DNA of 30,775 nt from a virus (lineage: Duplodnaviria > Caudoviricetes): IMG/VR virus record IMGVR_UViG_3300010354_000364, positions 1-30,775 of that record; one strand, given 5' to 3'. Under the pieces are notes generated by a model, which searched no databases, was not told the origin of the DNA, and was given only the letters and a program-made list of their open reading frames with translations. Numbering within the stretch: position 1 is the stretch's first letter; every line of letters begins with the position of its first letter. Of the stretch, positions 1 to 8,304 are shown piece after piece. The translations under genes were made by a program, and so were the position numbers.

Positions 1-519
1 AGCGTAGCGAGTACCCGCATCTCCCCCAAAATAAGGAAGGTTCAGGAAGTTGCCTGTATCGCCCCGGTCAACAAGGATTTCTGACTGTTTGGGGAATATT
101 TCCCGCCCTGCTTCGCCAAGAAGTGACGCGGCGTTTTTCAGGTAGTTTTGAAAATCCCGTGCAGGGGCAGGCTCCTTGGTAAAAAGGAAAACATGCGCTC
201 CACCGGATTTGCTTCGACAGACTACAAGGGGAAGGTTTAACTGGCGAACCTTTTCCACCAGTCCCTTATGGTCAAGAGGGTACTGGTCAATATCAATACA
301 ACCCCAAATGCAAGAGTTGTCAGCCCTAATAGGAATAATACCGAGAGAAGGCTCAACACCGTTAAGATGCTTGACCCAAAGGTCATCCGTTGGGGGCTTG
401 CGAACCACCGTAGCTTGTCCCGCTTGTTTGCCATCTCCACGCTCCGATTTGATTTTGTAAGTGCCATAAGCGATATCCAACCCGCTAAATATGGCCTTAA
501 ATCTGGTGATGTCAGTCAT
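1..519 (-). CDS. AEP-superfamily primase/primase-polymerase, N-terminal part (runs off the left edge; not in the ORF track)
   Basis: Manual translation from ATG at 519 gives MTDITRFKAIFSGLDIAYGTY...WGCIDIDQY...VVCRSKSGGAHVFLF...EIFPKQ...GNFLNLPYF with no stop before position 1. DxD and SxSGGxH are AEP motifs I and II. It lies in the replication module. Confidence 0.85.
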   Translation of the reverse strand, partial: MTDITRFKAIFSGLDIAYGTYKIKSERGDGKQAGQATVVRKPPTDDLWVKHLNGVEPSLGIIPIRADNSCIWGCIDIDQYPLDHKGLVEKVRQLNLPLVVCRSKSGGAHVFLFTKEPAPARDFQNYLKNAASLLGEAGREIFPKQSEILVDRGDTGNFLNLPYFGGDAGTRYA

Positions 520-534
520 GTGAACTAAAGAGGG

Positions 535-563
535 AAAAAGGGCGCTGATTCACACCAGCGCCC
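535..563 (-). terminator. Rho-independent terminator after the SSB-like gene
   Basis: Minus strand reads GGGCGCTG-gtgtgaat-CAGCGCCC-TTTTT, an 8-bp perfect stem plus U tract, a few nt after the stop at 570. Confidence 0.8.
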
Positions 564-569
564 CGAGGT

Positions 570-1346
570 TTAGAACGGGATGGAACTGCTGTCCACGGTT
601 CCTTCCGCATGCTCATGCTTGACCTTGACTTCGCCTGCATTAATCTGTGAGGCAAAGGACTTGGCAGCCGCATAAGCGTTCATGTCCTCAACTGGACCAA
701 CCTTCTCGATCTCCCAGCCAAACCACTTGCCTTTGTCGTTGGACTCGGCTTGAGTCGTCAGGCGGTACACATGACTGTACATGGGAGGGGTGAAAGGGCC
801 GTTCTTACCAATCATCTTGGTAGCCATCATCATGCTGTTCCACTTGCGGCTTTTCTTAAGCTGCGTGGACTTCATGGTGATCAGTGCTGGATTAGGCATG
901 CCATCTTCGCCCATGACCATCACATAGTGGTTGGCCGTGTTCTCAATGTAGTTACCGTTGTCCAGATAGTCCTTGTTGTCGCCCGGTTCACGGTGCGTGC
1001 GACTAAGGATATCGCTAGTGGCCGGATACACCGCAACGGGTGCGCCGGAACCCGATCCACGAGGAGCCCATTCAATGTACTGACGCACATAGGCCACGGG
1101 GATCACTTCAATGCCTTTCTTGCCGTCATAAAGCTCGTTGGTGACCGAGTTATAGACCATGCCCGGAAGAGCACCGTCGATCTCACCCACCTCAGGGCTG
1201 GTATTGGTCAGAAGGCGAAGAAAGGGCAACGCAAAATCTTCCTGACCCATGCTACCGAAGCCGGACTGTGCGTCCTCTTCAAATGCATTGCCCAGGGCAA
1301 CTGCGTATTCTTTTTTCTCTTGTACTGCTACTTGATTCTTGCTCAT
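570..1346 (-). CDS. Phage single-stranded DNA-binding-like protein
   Basis: 258 aa, aromatic-rich beta-type core, flexible C-terminal tail ending VDSSSIPF (SSB-like PF terminus), located next to the primase. Confidence 0.65.
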   Translation of the reverse strand: MSKNQVAVQEKKEYAVALGNAFEEDAQSGFGSMGQEDFALPFLRLLTNTSPEVGEIDGALPGMVYNSVTNELYDGKKGIEVIPVAYVRQYIEWAPRGSGSGAPVAVYPATSDILSRTHREPGDNKDYLDNGNYIENTANHYVMVMGEDGMPNPALITMKSTQLKKSRKWNSMMMATKMIGKNGPFTPPMYSHVYRLTTQAESNDKGKWFGWEIEKVGPVEDMNAYAAAKSFASQINAGEVKVKHEHAEGTVDSSSIPF

Positions 1347-1358
1347 GATAGATTTCCT

Positions 1359-1916
1359 TTAAGCTGATTTAATGGTCGCTTTTTGGCCAATGAATACGCC
1401 AAAAAGTTCTGTGGGGAATGCGTTGCCGCGCTCCACCATGTCGCGAGCCCAAGCCTTGAGGGTTTGGGGCTCGATCTTCTGCGCTTGCTCCACTGGGTAG
1501 TTTTGCTCACGCAGTTGATTCAGTAGGCTATCGCACAATTCGTCTTCCCCACGCCCGAATCGTACAGACACCGTGTTCTTGATAATGTCGTCGTAACCAT
1601 GTTCACGCAGCCACTCAAAGGCCTGCGCCCGGTTCTCTTCCTTAATGGTCGCGCCGTAGAACGGTTTGATTGACACCTTGCTGCCATCAGCCATGGTGAA
1701 ATCTTTCATGCCCAGTTCTGAAAGCATATTGGGGATGGACTCCTCCAATAGCTTGCGGTACTGCTCATTACGTTCCTTGAGCACAGACTCAATCTCTTCG
1801 ATCTCTTTCTCAAGCATCTTGGCTCGCTTAGCCAGTGCTGCAATCGAGGACAGGTCCTCATCTTTAACGGTCAACGCACCTGCGTCTTCCTCAAACATAG
1901 CGTTTAGGCTACTCAT
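1359..1916 (-). CDS. Conserved phage replication-module protein (N-terminal coiled coil), function uncertain
   Basis: 185 aa, strong RBS AGAAAGGAGAG, overlaps the upstream gene's end, charged helical N-half followed by AFEWLREHGYDDIIK. Confidence 0.6.
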   Translation of the reverse strand: MSSLNAMFEEDAGALTVKDEDLSSIAALAKRAKMLEKEIEEIESVLKERNEQYRKLLEESIPNMLSELGMKDFTMADGSKVSIKPFYGATIKEENRAQAFEWLREHGYDDIIKNTVSVRFGRGEDELCDSLLNQLREQNYPVEQAQKIEPQTLKAWARDMVERGNAFPTELFGVFIGQKATIKSA

Positions 1917-2238
1917 CGATCTCTCCTTTCTGAGTTACATCCACTTTAACAGGAATATACATGCGCTCGCGGCGGTCCCACTTCAACGCAGTGTAGCGGC
2001 CAGAGTTGAAAAACGCAGCAATAGAGCAGGCCAACCCTATCGCTACGGGGTCACCTGTCAGCAACAGGTAATCTTCATCAGAAAACTTGCGTAGCTTGGT
2101 ACGCATGCTCCTTATGGTCGGTGCAGTGCTGAAGGCAATCTGATTGTACGGCGGAAGCAGTACCTTCATTTCGCCAAACTTCATTGCGGGGGCAATGTCG
2201 TGATTCGGCATCTCTTGAACTACATATACGGTTGACAC
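1909..2238 (-). CDS. Small alpha/beta phage protein, first gene of the leftward early operon
   Basis: 109 aa, GTG start, RBS AGAAAGGAGAG at 2246-2256, just downstream of a sigma70-like promoter; motif DYLLLTGDPVAIGLA. Confidence 0.7.
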   Translation of the reverse strand: MSTVYVVQEMPNHDIAPAMKFGEMKVLLPPYNQIAFSTAPTIRSMRTKLRKFSDEDYLLLTGDPVAIGLACSIAAFFNSGRYTALKWDRRERMYIPVKVDVTQKGEIDE

Positions 2239-2269
2239 GTTTTCGCTCTCCTTTCTTCAAACGTGCTTT

Positions 2270-2305
2270 TAGTGTACACTATCTTTCAAGGTTGTCAACA
2301 ACCTT
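2270..2305. promoter_or_regulatory. Two dyad-symmetry elements (putative operators)
   Basis: Perfect palindrome TAGTGTACACTA (2270-2281) over the -10 box, and inverted repeat AAGGTTGT-ca-ACAACCTT (2288-2305) over the -35 box. Confidence 0.5.
2271..2298 (-). promoter_or_regulatory. Sigma70-like leftward promoter
   Basis: Minus strand TTGACA (2298-2293), 16-nt spacer, TACACT (2276-2271), in the divergent intergenic region. Confidence 0.7.
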
Positions 2306-2326
2306 TTTTAAGAAAGGAAGAAAGTT

Positions 2327-3781
2327 ATGGATTATTTTTTAACGCGCTACCCCTTCAAGAACAAGCCTTTTCTCCATCAAGCGGCGTATTTACAGCGTTT
2401 CTGGGAGGACAAAGAGGCTGCTGTCTTGGCTGAAATGGGCACTGGAAAGAGCTTTATGCTCATAAACAACGCCGCCATGTTGTACGACAAGGGGCGGATA
2501 AATGCCATGTTGATTGTGGCTCCCAAGGGCGTATACCGTAACTGGTATACCTCCGAAATCCCAAAGCATATGCCGGATCACGTCCAGTACACCATGGCCT
2601 GTTGGTCCCCCTCCCCCCGTAGGGCGGAAAAGGAGGAAATGGACAGAATGATGATGGCAACGGATACGTTGCGGATTCTGATCATGAATGTGGAGGCGTT
2701 TAGTACGGAAAAAGGCATGTTGTTTGCCCGTACTTTCCTACGGGTAACTGAGGCCTTTATGGCTATTGACGAAAGCACAACCATCAAGACGCCTAACGCC
2801 AAGCGGACAAAAGGCATCATCAAGGTAGGCAAGGAGGCGCGGTACAGGAGAATTGCCACGGGCTCCCCGGTGACAAAAAGCCCCCTGGACTTGTTTAGCC
2901 AGTGTGAATTCCTTGGTGCTGATTGCCTTGGATACCACAGCTTTTATGCATTTCAAGCCCGGTACGCGATCCTTATGGAACGCCGCATGGCAACCCACAC
3001 CTTTAAGCAGATTGTGGGCTACCGCCACCTCGAAGAATTGCAGAAAAAGCTAAACAACTTTTCCTTTCGCGTTACCAAGGAAGAGTGCCTGGACCTGCCT
3101 GAAAAAGTGTTTGTTCGCAGGGAAATTGAGTTGACCCCAGATCAGAAAAAGTACTATGACCAGATGAAGCTAATGGCGCTGGCTTTGTTTGAGGACGGTT
3201 CTGTCATGACCACCAACAACGCCCTGACACAGCTTATGCGTCTGCATCAGATTTGCTGTGGGCACATCAAGTTGGATGATGGGCGGCAAGAGGACATCCC
3301 CAGCAACCGTGTTAAAGAGCTACTGGATCAGATCGAGGAAGTGGATGGCAAGGTCATCATCTGGGCAACCTACCGCCGGGATATTGAAAACATCCGCCTA
3401 GCTCTGCAAAAAGAGTACGGCATGAATTCTGTTGCAACCTACTTCGGGGATACCGAGGCCGAGGAGCGGCAGCAGATTGTCACTAACTTTCAGAACCCTG
3501 ACCATGAGCTTCGTTTCTTTGTTGGCAACCCACGTACTGGTGGTTACGGACTGACGCTCACAGCGGCTAAAACGGTGATCTACTACAGCAACAACTTCGA
3601 TTTGGAAGTCCGGCTGCAGTCCGAAGACCGCGCTCACCGTATCGGGCAAACCAACAAGGTGACCTACATCGATTTCATCAGCCCCGGCACAGTTGATGAG
3701 CACATTGTCAAGGCGCTTCGTAACAAGATCAACATTGCCAACGCTGTGCTTGGCGAAGAACTCAAGGAATGGATTAAATAA
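2327..3781 (+). CDS. SNF2-family (SF2) helicase/ATPase
   Basis: Motif I AEMGTGKS, II IDESTTIK, III ATGSP, V GGYGLTLTAA, VI QSEDRAHRIGQ; RBS AGAAAGGA at 2311-2318. Confidence 0.93.
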   Translation: MDYFLTRYPFKNKPFLHQAAYLQRFWEDKEAAVLAEMGTGKSFMLINNAAMLYDKGRINAMLIVAPKGVYRNWYTSEIPKHMPDHVQYTMACWSPSPRRAEKEEMDRMMMATDTLRILIMNVEAFSTEKGMLFARTFLRVTEAFMAIDESTTIKTPNAKRTKGIIKVGKEARYRRIATGSPVTKSPLDLFSQCEFLGADCLGYHSFYAFQARYAILMERRMATHTFKQIVGYRHLEELQKKLNNFSFRVTKEECLDLPEKVFVRREIELTPDQKKYYDQMKLMALALFEDGSVMTTNNALTQLMRLHQICCGHIKLDDGRQEDIPSNRVKELLDQIEEVDGKVIIWATYRRDIENIRLALQKEYGMNSVATYFGDTEAEERQQIVTNFQNPDHELRFFVGNPRTGGYGLTLTAAKTVIYYSNNFDLEVRLQSEDRAHRIGQTNKVTYIDFISPGTVDEHIVKALRNKINIANAVLGEELKEWIK

Positions 3782-4527
3782 TGCAGCTTGTCCCAATCAG
3801 AAATAAGTTTGTCTACCCCAAGCTCAAGCGCGTAGACCTGCCCACGGGCCGCGTTTATACGTTGGATGGCACGGACCCCGTTCCAAGCGTCACCACCATC
3901 CTGTCAGCAACCAAGGACCGTCAGCATCTAGATGCCTGGGAAGAGCGCATTGGTAAGGAAGAAGCCAACCGCATCAAGAACGATGCTGCCACGGTGGGCA
4001 CGCACATGCACTCCGTGGTTGAACGCCTGCTGTTAAACAGACCGCTGGAAACACCGCGCACATGGTTGCAGATTAAGGGCTACCGAATGGGCTACCTGTT
4101 GATTGAAAGTTTTTTCCACAATCTGCAGGAAGCGTGGGGCACGGAAATCCCCCTGCTGTACCCGGGCCGATATGCTGGGACATCGGATTGCATTGGTGTG
4201 TACAAGGGCAAGCCCTCCATCATCGACTTTAAGCAAGCCAATCGCATGAAGAAGCGGTCATGGATTGATGATTACTTTGTCCAGCTTGCTGCGTATTCCG
4301 AAGCGCACAACAAACAGCACGGGACGGAAATCAATCAGGGCGTGATCCTGATGGTGTCACAGGACGGAGAAGTGCAGGAATTTGTGACCGTTGGCAGGGA
4401 ATTTGATTCGTACCGGGACGCATGGTGGCGCAAGGTCGAGGATCACGCAAAAAGGAGCCCGGAACACGGTCCGGGCTCAAATGCCAGTGTGGGAGAAAGG
4501 ACACAAGAGTCACACGGCAACTGCTAG
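3781..4527 (+). CDS. PD-(D/E)xK exonuclease (RecB/Cas4-like fold, phage type)
   Basis: PSVTTIL, GTHMH, E-x-P-L, AGTSD, IIDFK and YFVQLAAY motifs; TAATG coupling to the helicase. The last ~25 aa look like a non-conserved extension. Confidence 0.88.
   Translation: MQLVPIRNKFVYPKLKRVDLPTGRVYTLDGTDPVPSVTTILSATKDRQHLDAWEERIGKEEANRIKNDAATVGTHMHSVVERLLLNRPLETPRTWLQIKGYRMGYLLIESFFHNLQEAWGTEIPLLYPGRYAGTSDCIGVYKGKPSIIDFKQANRMKKRSWIDDYFVQLAAYSEAHNKQHGTEINQGVILMVSQDGEVQEFVTVGREFDSYRDAWWRKVEDHAKRSPEHGPGSNASVGERTQESHGNC
4449..4478 (-). terminator. Rho-independent terminator ending the late (minus-strand) region
   Basis: Minus strand GAGCCCGGA-ccgtgt-TCCGGGCTC-c-TTTTT, a 9-bp stem plus U tract about 50 nt after the last late gene. 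Confidence 0.8.
4482..4519 (-). ncRNA. Candidate structured 3'-UTR RNA with an anti-Shine-Dalgarno loop
   Basis: Minus-strand stem TGCC-GTGTG / CACAC-t-GGCA closes the 19-nt loop ACTCTTGTGTCCTTTCTCC, immediately 5' of the terminator. Function is inferred only. Confidence 0.4.
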
Positions 4528-4530
4528 TTT

Positions 4531-4911
4531 CTATTCGAGGTTACGAAGCTTGTAGATGACTGATAGATATGTTTCGATTGCGGTATCTATCAGGTTCTGA
4601 ATAGCGGTGTCGGACTTGTCGCATGCTCTGTACCGCAGGTCTTCAACAGAGTTCATGTGGCTTTCAAGGATTGTTGCGGTTGCTGCAATTGTCTTTTTCC
4701 CTTTTGGGCATTCCAGACAAGGAATGTCGTCCATCAAGCCATACATGCCTTGATAGGCTTCTGCTATCGAATCGGCGTTGTCGATAATGTCATCATAAAA
4801 TGATCCAAGCGCCATATGAGCAGCAAAACTGCCCGGGCCCGTTACCGCCAAGTGGCGACGATGAGCAAATTCACGGCTTAAAAACAAAGTTGCGATAAGT
4901 TGTTCCATCAT
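4531..4911 (-). CDS. Dps/ferritin-like four-helix protein
   Basis: AHRRHLAVTGPGSFAAHMALGSFYDDIIDNADSIAE parallels the Dps signature H..HW.V.GP.F...H...E..Y......D.IAE; ATGA overlap with the upstream gene. Confidence 0.7.
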   Translation of the reverse strand: MMEQLIATLFLSREFAHRRHLAVTGPGSFAAHMALGSFYDDIIDNADSIAEAYQGMYGLMDDIPCLECPKGKKTIAATATILESHMNSVEDLRYRACDKSDTAIQNLIDTAIETYLSVIYKLRNLE

Positions 4912-7900
4912 TGGCGGCCTCCTAATTGCTGTTGACGCTGCTGAAGCATCTGACTAATTGGGTCATTTGGGAAAAGTTGCGGGTACATCAGCGGTACTTG
5001 TGGACTGCTTATTGGGGGCGGCGGCCCAACCCGAAGGTTTGGCATTCCCCTGGTTTGCGGTGCAGGTGGCATTTTACGCAACATCTGGGCTGCTGTGCCG
5101 GGAACCTCCGGAAGTCCTGCTGTAGCTGTCGGGACAGTCCTATCCTGCTGCGCCAACTTGGAAGCCTCAAGAGCCGTGATCCGGGCAGGGGAAGGAACGT
5201 ATTTTGTTGGGGAAATGCCAATATCTTGTAGCTTTGCGGCTACTTTTTTGGCCTCTTCAGGCGTACCTACGCGGACCATGGATTTTGCAAATTCCGGGTC
5301 TTCCAGCGCTTTTGTAAAAATACGCTGATACAACTGGTTTTCAATTGATCCAGTCAGGCGCAACAACATTGCCAATGCGCCGGTTTGCGGATTAATCCTG
5401 CCCACTGCAGCTTCACGCATCGTAGTCGTCAGGAATTGAATACCAGAACCAAATAGGCGCTTCATCGCTTGATCAAGAGAATCAAACGCTGGAATCTGCC
5501 CCGTTATGTCGGAGAAGGCATTGACCCGACGCTGCAGATCGGCCAAGGTTTTGAGATCATTTAGGTGAGAAGTATTTTTAAACAGAACACTGAGTGACTT
5601 CTCGTTGTTCTTCAAGAAATTTTCCAACGCACCACCGGCTTGTGCGCCGCCTGTGGACAAATCCCAGACTTTACGGCGTAAGGCAGCCAAGTCATCCGGA
5701 TTCTTTCCAAGCTGATCTACCAGCACCCTCATTGTTGCCGGGTCCTGTAGCGCCTTGGTCAGTACTTGTTGCGGATCGGCATCTGGCCGAGAAGCTTTTG
5801 CAAGCAATGCATCAAGTTCATTGTTAGTGGCGTCCACTCGACGGCGGTCCAAGTCGCCCATGCGCTTTGCAAAATCATCAGCATTTGCTACTTCATCCCG
5901 CAGACGTTGCTGCACGGCAGGAGGCAGTGTCTCAACAATATTTTTATTGTTGTCAAGAATGCTGCGAATCTTTTTCGGGTCTACCAGACCGTCCTGAGTG
6001 ACCGCACCCTTGGATCGGAGCCAATCAATAGCTCCACGGGTAAACATGTCTTCTTTAACAGGGTTGTTCCCCAGCGTCAAATCTAGTTGACGCAGATTTT
6101 CTGCCGATTTAAATGCTGTACGCATCAAATCTTCATTGGGCAAGAGGTAGTCTCTTCCCCCTGCTCGCTTAGATGTCAGAAGCAGCGGTAAGCGTTGTTC
6201 AAAGCCAGCGTTGTAATCATCCAGCACCATCTTCATGGCGCCGTATTCTTGATTGACTTTTGGAATAGAACCAAGAACTAGGTTTTCAACATCCTTATAT
6301 GCGGCATTACCTCGATCAAGGCGCAATTGAGCATCCGTGGTCCGTGTTCCACGGCCCGATAGCTGTGAGCGGTTGAACGCATTAACAGCATCATGGCGGG
6401 AGCGTTGAGCGGCAGCCAACAAGTCCAACGCTTCCGGGATGTTCAGGTCTATCTTTGTTCCCTCTGCCGCAATCAATTCAGCATCTTTGCGGATTTGATC
6501 TGGGTTGATATAGACTGCGCGTCCTGGATAGCCAGTAGCTACCCGAATCTCGCCTTCCTTTTCCCCAGTTTTAAATCCAGCAGACTTGAGCAGGTTGGCT
6601 TCTCTAACGGATGCAATATCCTTTTTGCCCTTTGCTTTGGCAGGATTGACAAGCATACGAACGCTTTTTATTAACTCGTCCTGGAGTGCAGGATCAAGCT
6701 CAAACCCACCAAGCTGTTCTTTTATGCGCTGTTGGATTAGCGATTCAGTAGCATGATCAAGTGCCTTACGACGAGCCACATCTGTAGATGCAATCATGTT
6801 TTGCAAAATACGAATCGGCTCAGGCATTTCCCCGCCCTTGGCCCGTGTTGCACGAGCAGGGTTGTATTTTTCTACAAGCTTACGGGCAGCATCCTCGATG
6901 TCATAGGCTGGATACAACGATTTTCCTGCATCAGCGCCTTCACGCACGCGGGTGTCCGCCAGTGTGCCGTCAGGGTTTATAGCGCGTTTCATACCTAACT
7001 TGGACAAGACTCTTTGGCGCATTCCAAAGTCTGCTTCCATGTCCGCCAAAATCACTCCGCGCAGTTCATTGTTGAGCATGTCAATGTTCTGCGGGCCAAG
7101 GCGCTCGGAGATGGCAGCAACTTCTGCCTCAGTAAGGTCTTTCTTCTGACGAAGAAGATCATCAAACAGGGATTGACGTTCCTGTTGCGCGGCCAAGAAA
7201 GCTTCCTCAATTGGCTTGCGTGTAGCGGGAGAAAAGGAATCAAATAGAGAAGCCAGCTTTTGCTGGTTTTCGTTGATTCGAGCTTTTACTGATTCAAGTT
7301 CTTTGGGGCCCAGTTGCTCTAATAGCTCGGCTTTTCGCTTGAGCAGCGGGTTATACATTGTCCGCTCAGACACGTCGAACAAGAATCCCGCATCTGCAAT
7401 TCTGGGATCAGCCAAAGCCGCTTCTAGCTGCTTGAGTGCTTGCTGCGCTTCGGGGCTTTCGCTGATCGGGCCGAATACCTGAGTCAGCTTGCTTTCCGCA
7501 CGTTTTACCAGTGTGCGAGGAATGATGTTGATTAGGGGAAGCCTATACCCCTTTGGTAGCGATTGAATGGCCTCATGTTCCACATTGCCAAGACCACCAG
7601 AAGCACCTTTGATTTTGTCGATGGTCCAGCCAGCGGCTTTTACGCTGGGAAGATTAGCAGCAGCAAAAGGGAGCCCCATAAAAGCAGCGGCTGGCAGCAA
7701 ATCCTTGTACATACTTTTGTACGGATTGCTGTTATCAACATTTTCTTCCACTGCCTGACGCAGGCCCTCATAGCCCGCGCCAAATGCTACGTCCGTAGCG
7801 GCAGCAAGGCGGGGGTTCTTCTGGACAAAGCTGATTGCATCATTAGCAATTGACTTCAATAGTCCGGCCCCGGGTTCAGCAGCCCTGACCATCGGAGCGC

Positions 7901-8291
7901 TTTTAGCAGCATACGCAAGAATTCCTGTGAAAGGTAGCGTCCCACCAATGCCTTCGCCCACGGCACGAGCGTAACGCTCTTCACTGTTTACAGCGGCCCG
8001 TTGTCCTTTATTAAAGAACTTGGTAAGCGTAAAAACTTCTTCTGGATTGAGCCCTAGACCTTTGGCTATTAGCTTTGTTCCCGCATCTGGCAATGCAAAC
8101 AACGCACTGTTAAAGCCCCATGATAGGTTGTTGATCAGCCCCGCCGCAGTGCCTTCTGGAGAAGGCACGTCTACGCCAGTGGCTTTTCTAGGATCGACCT
8201 CTGTGGGCGTTCCTTCAACCCTGCCTTCAGTTCCAGAGCCAAAAAGATCAATTTTTCGTCCCTGTGCATCTTCGACGTAAAACGAGCTCAT
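4908..8291 (-). CDS. Large internal virion/ejection protein
   Basis: 1127 aa, mostly helical, Ala/Gly-rich hydrophobic segments near the N-terminus, Pro/Gln-rich tail, last of four large genes after the tail hub. No catalytic motif recognised. Confidence 0.6.
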   Translation of the reverse strand: MSSFYVEDAQGRKIDLFGSGTEGRVEGTPTEVDPRKATGVDVPSPEGTAAGLINNLSWGFNSALFALPDAGTKLIAKGLGLNPEEVFTLTKFFNKGQRAAVNSEERYARAVGEGIGGTLPFTGILAYAAKSAPMVRAAEPGAGLLKSIANDAISFVQKNPRLAAATDVAFGAGYEGLRQAVEENVDNSNPYKSMYKDLLPAAAFMGLPFAAANLPSVKAAGWTIDKIKGASGGLGNVEHEAIQSLPKGYRLPLINIIPRTLVKRAESKLTQVFGPISESPEAQQALKQLEAALADPRIADAGFLFDVSERTMYNPLLKRKAELLEQLGPKELESVKARINENQQKLASLFDSFSPATRKPIEEAFLAAQQERQSLFDDLLRQKKDLTEAEVAAISERLGPQNIDMLNNELRGVILADMEADFGMRQRVLSKLGMKRAINPDGTLADTRVREGADAGKSLYPAYDIEDAARKLVEKYNPARATRAKGGEMPEPIRILQNMIASTDVARRKALDHATESLIQQRIKEQLGGFELDPALQDELIKSVRMLVNPAKAKGKKDIASVREANLLKSAGFKTGEKEGEIRVATGYPGRAVYINPDQIRKDAELIAAEGTKIDLNIPEALDLLAAAQRSRHDAVNAFNRSQLSGRGTRTTDAQLRLDRGNAAYKDVENLVLGSIPKVNQEYGAMKMVLDDYNAGFEQRLPLLLTSKRAGGRDYLLPNEDLMRTAFKSAENLRQLDLTLGNNPVKEDMFTRGAIDWLRSKGAVTQDGLVDPKKIRSILDNNKNIVETLPPAVQQRLRDEVANADDFAKRMGDLDRRRVDATNNELDALLAKASRPDADPQQVLTKALQDPATMRVLVDQLGKNPDDLAALRRKVWDLSTGGAQAGGALENFLKNNEKSLSVLFKNTSHLNDLKTLADLQRRVNAFSDITGQIPAFDSLDQAMKRLFGSGIQFLTTTMREAAVGRINPQTGALAMLLRLTGSIENQLYQRIFTKALEDPEFAKSMVRVGTPEEAKKVAAKLQDIGISPTKYVPSPARITALEASKLAQQDRTVPTATAGLPEVPGTAAQMLRKMPPAPQTRGMPNLRVGPPPPISSPQVPLMYPQLFPNDPISQMLQQRQQQLGGRQ

Positions 8292-8304
8292 CGCTGCCTC
8301 TCAA

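Noticed and set aside
176-528. ORF-track calls 176..460 (+), 237..467 (-) and 268..528 (+)
   Set aside because: All overlap the motif-bearing primase frame (519 to the left edge) and have no recognisable features.
750-1367. 205-aa plus-strand ORF, and the many other plus-strand ORFs opposite late genes
   Set aside because: They are antisense shadows of well-supported genes. Gly/Ala/Gln-rich, GC-rich coding sequence leaves few stops on the opposite strand, and I saw no motifs in them.
2232-2237. Plus-strand TTGACA as the helicase -35
   Set aside because: It lies 37 nt from the TACACT hexamer with no -10 at proper spacing, and overlaps the leftward gene's start codon.
3781-4527. Cas4/CRISPR interpretation of the nuclease
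   Set aside because: No four-Cys Fe-S cluster pattern, no other cas genes and no repeat-spacer array in the window.
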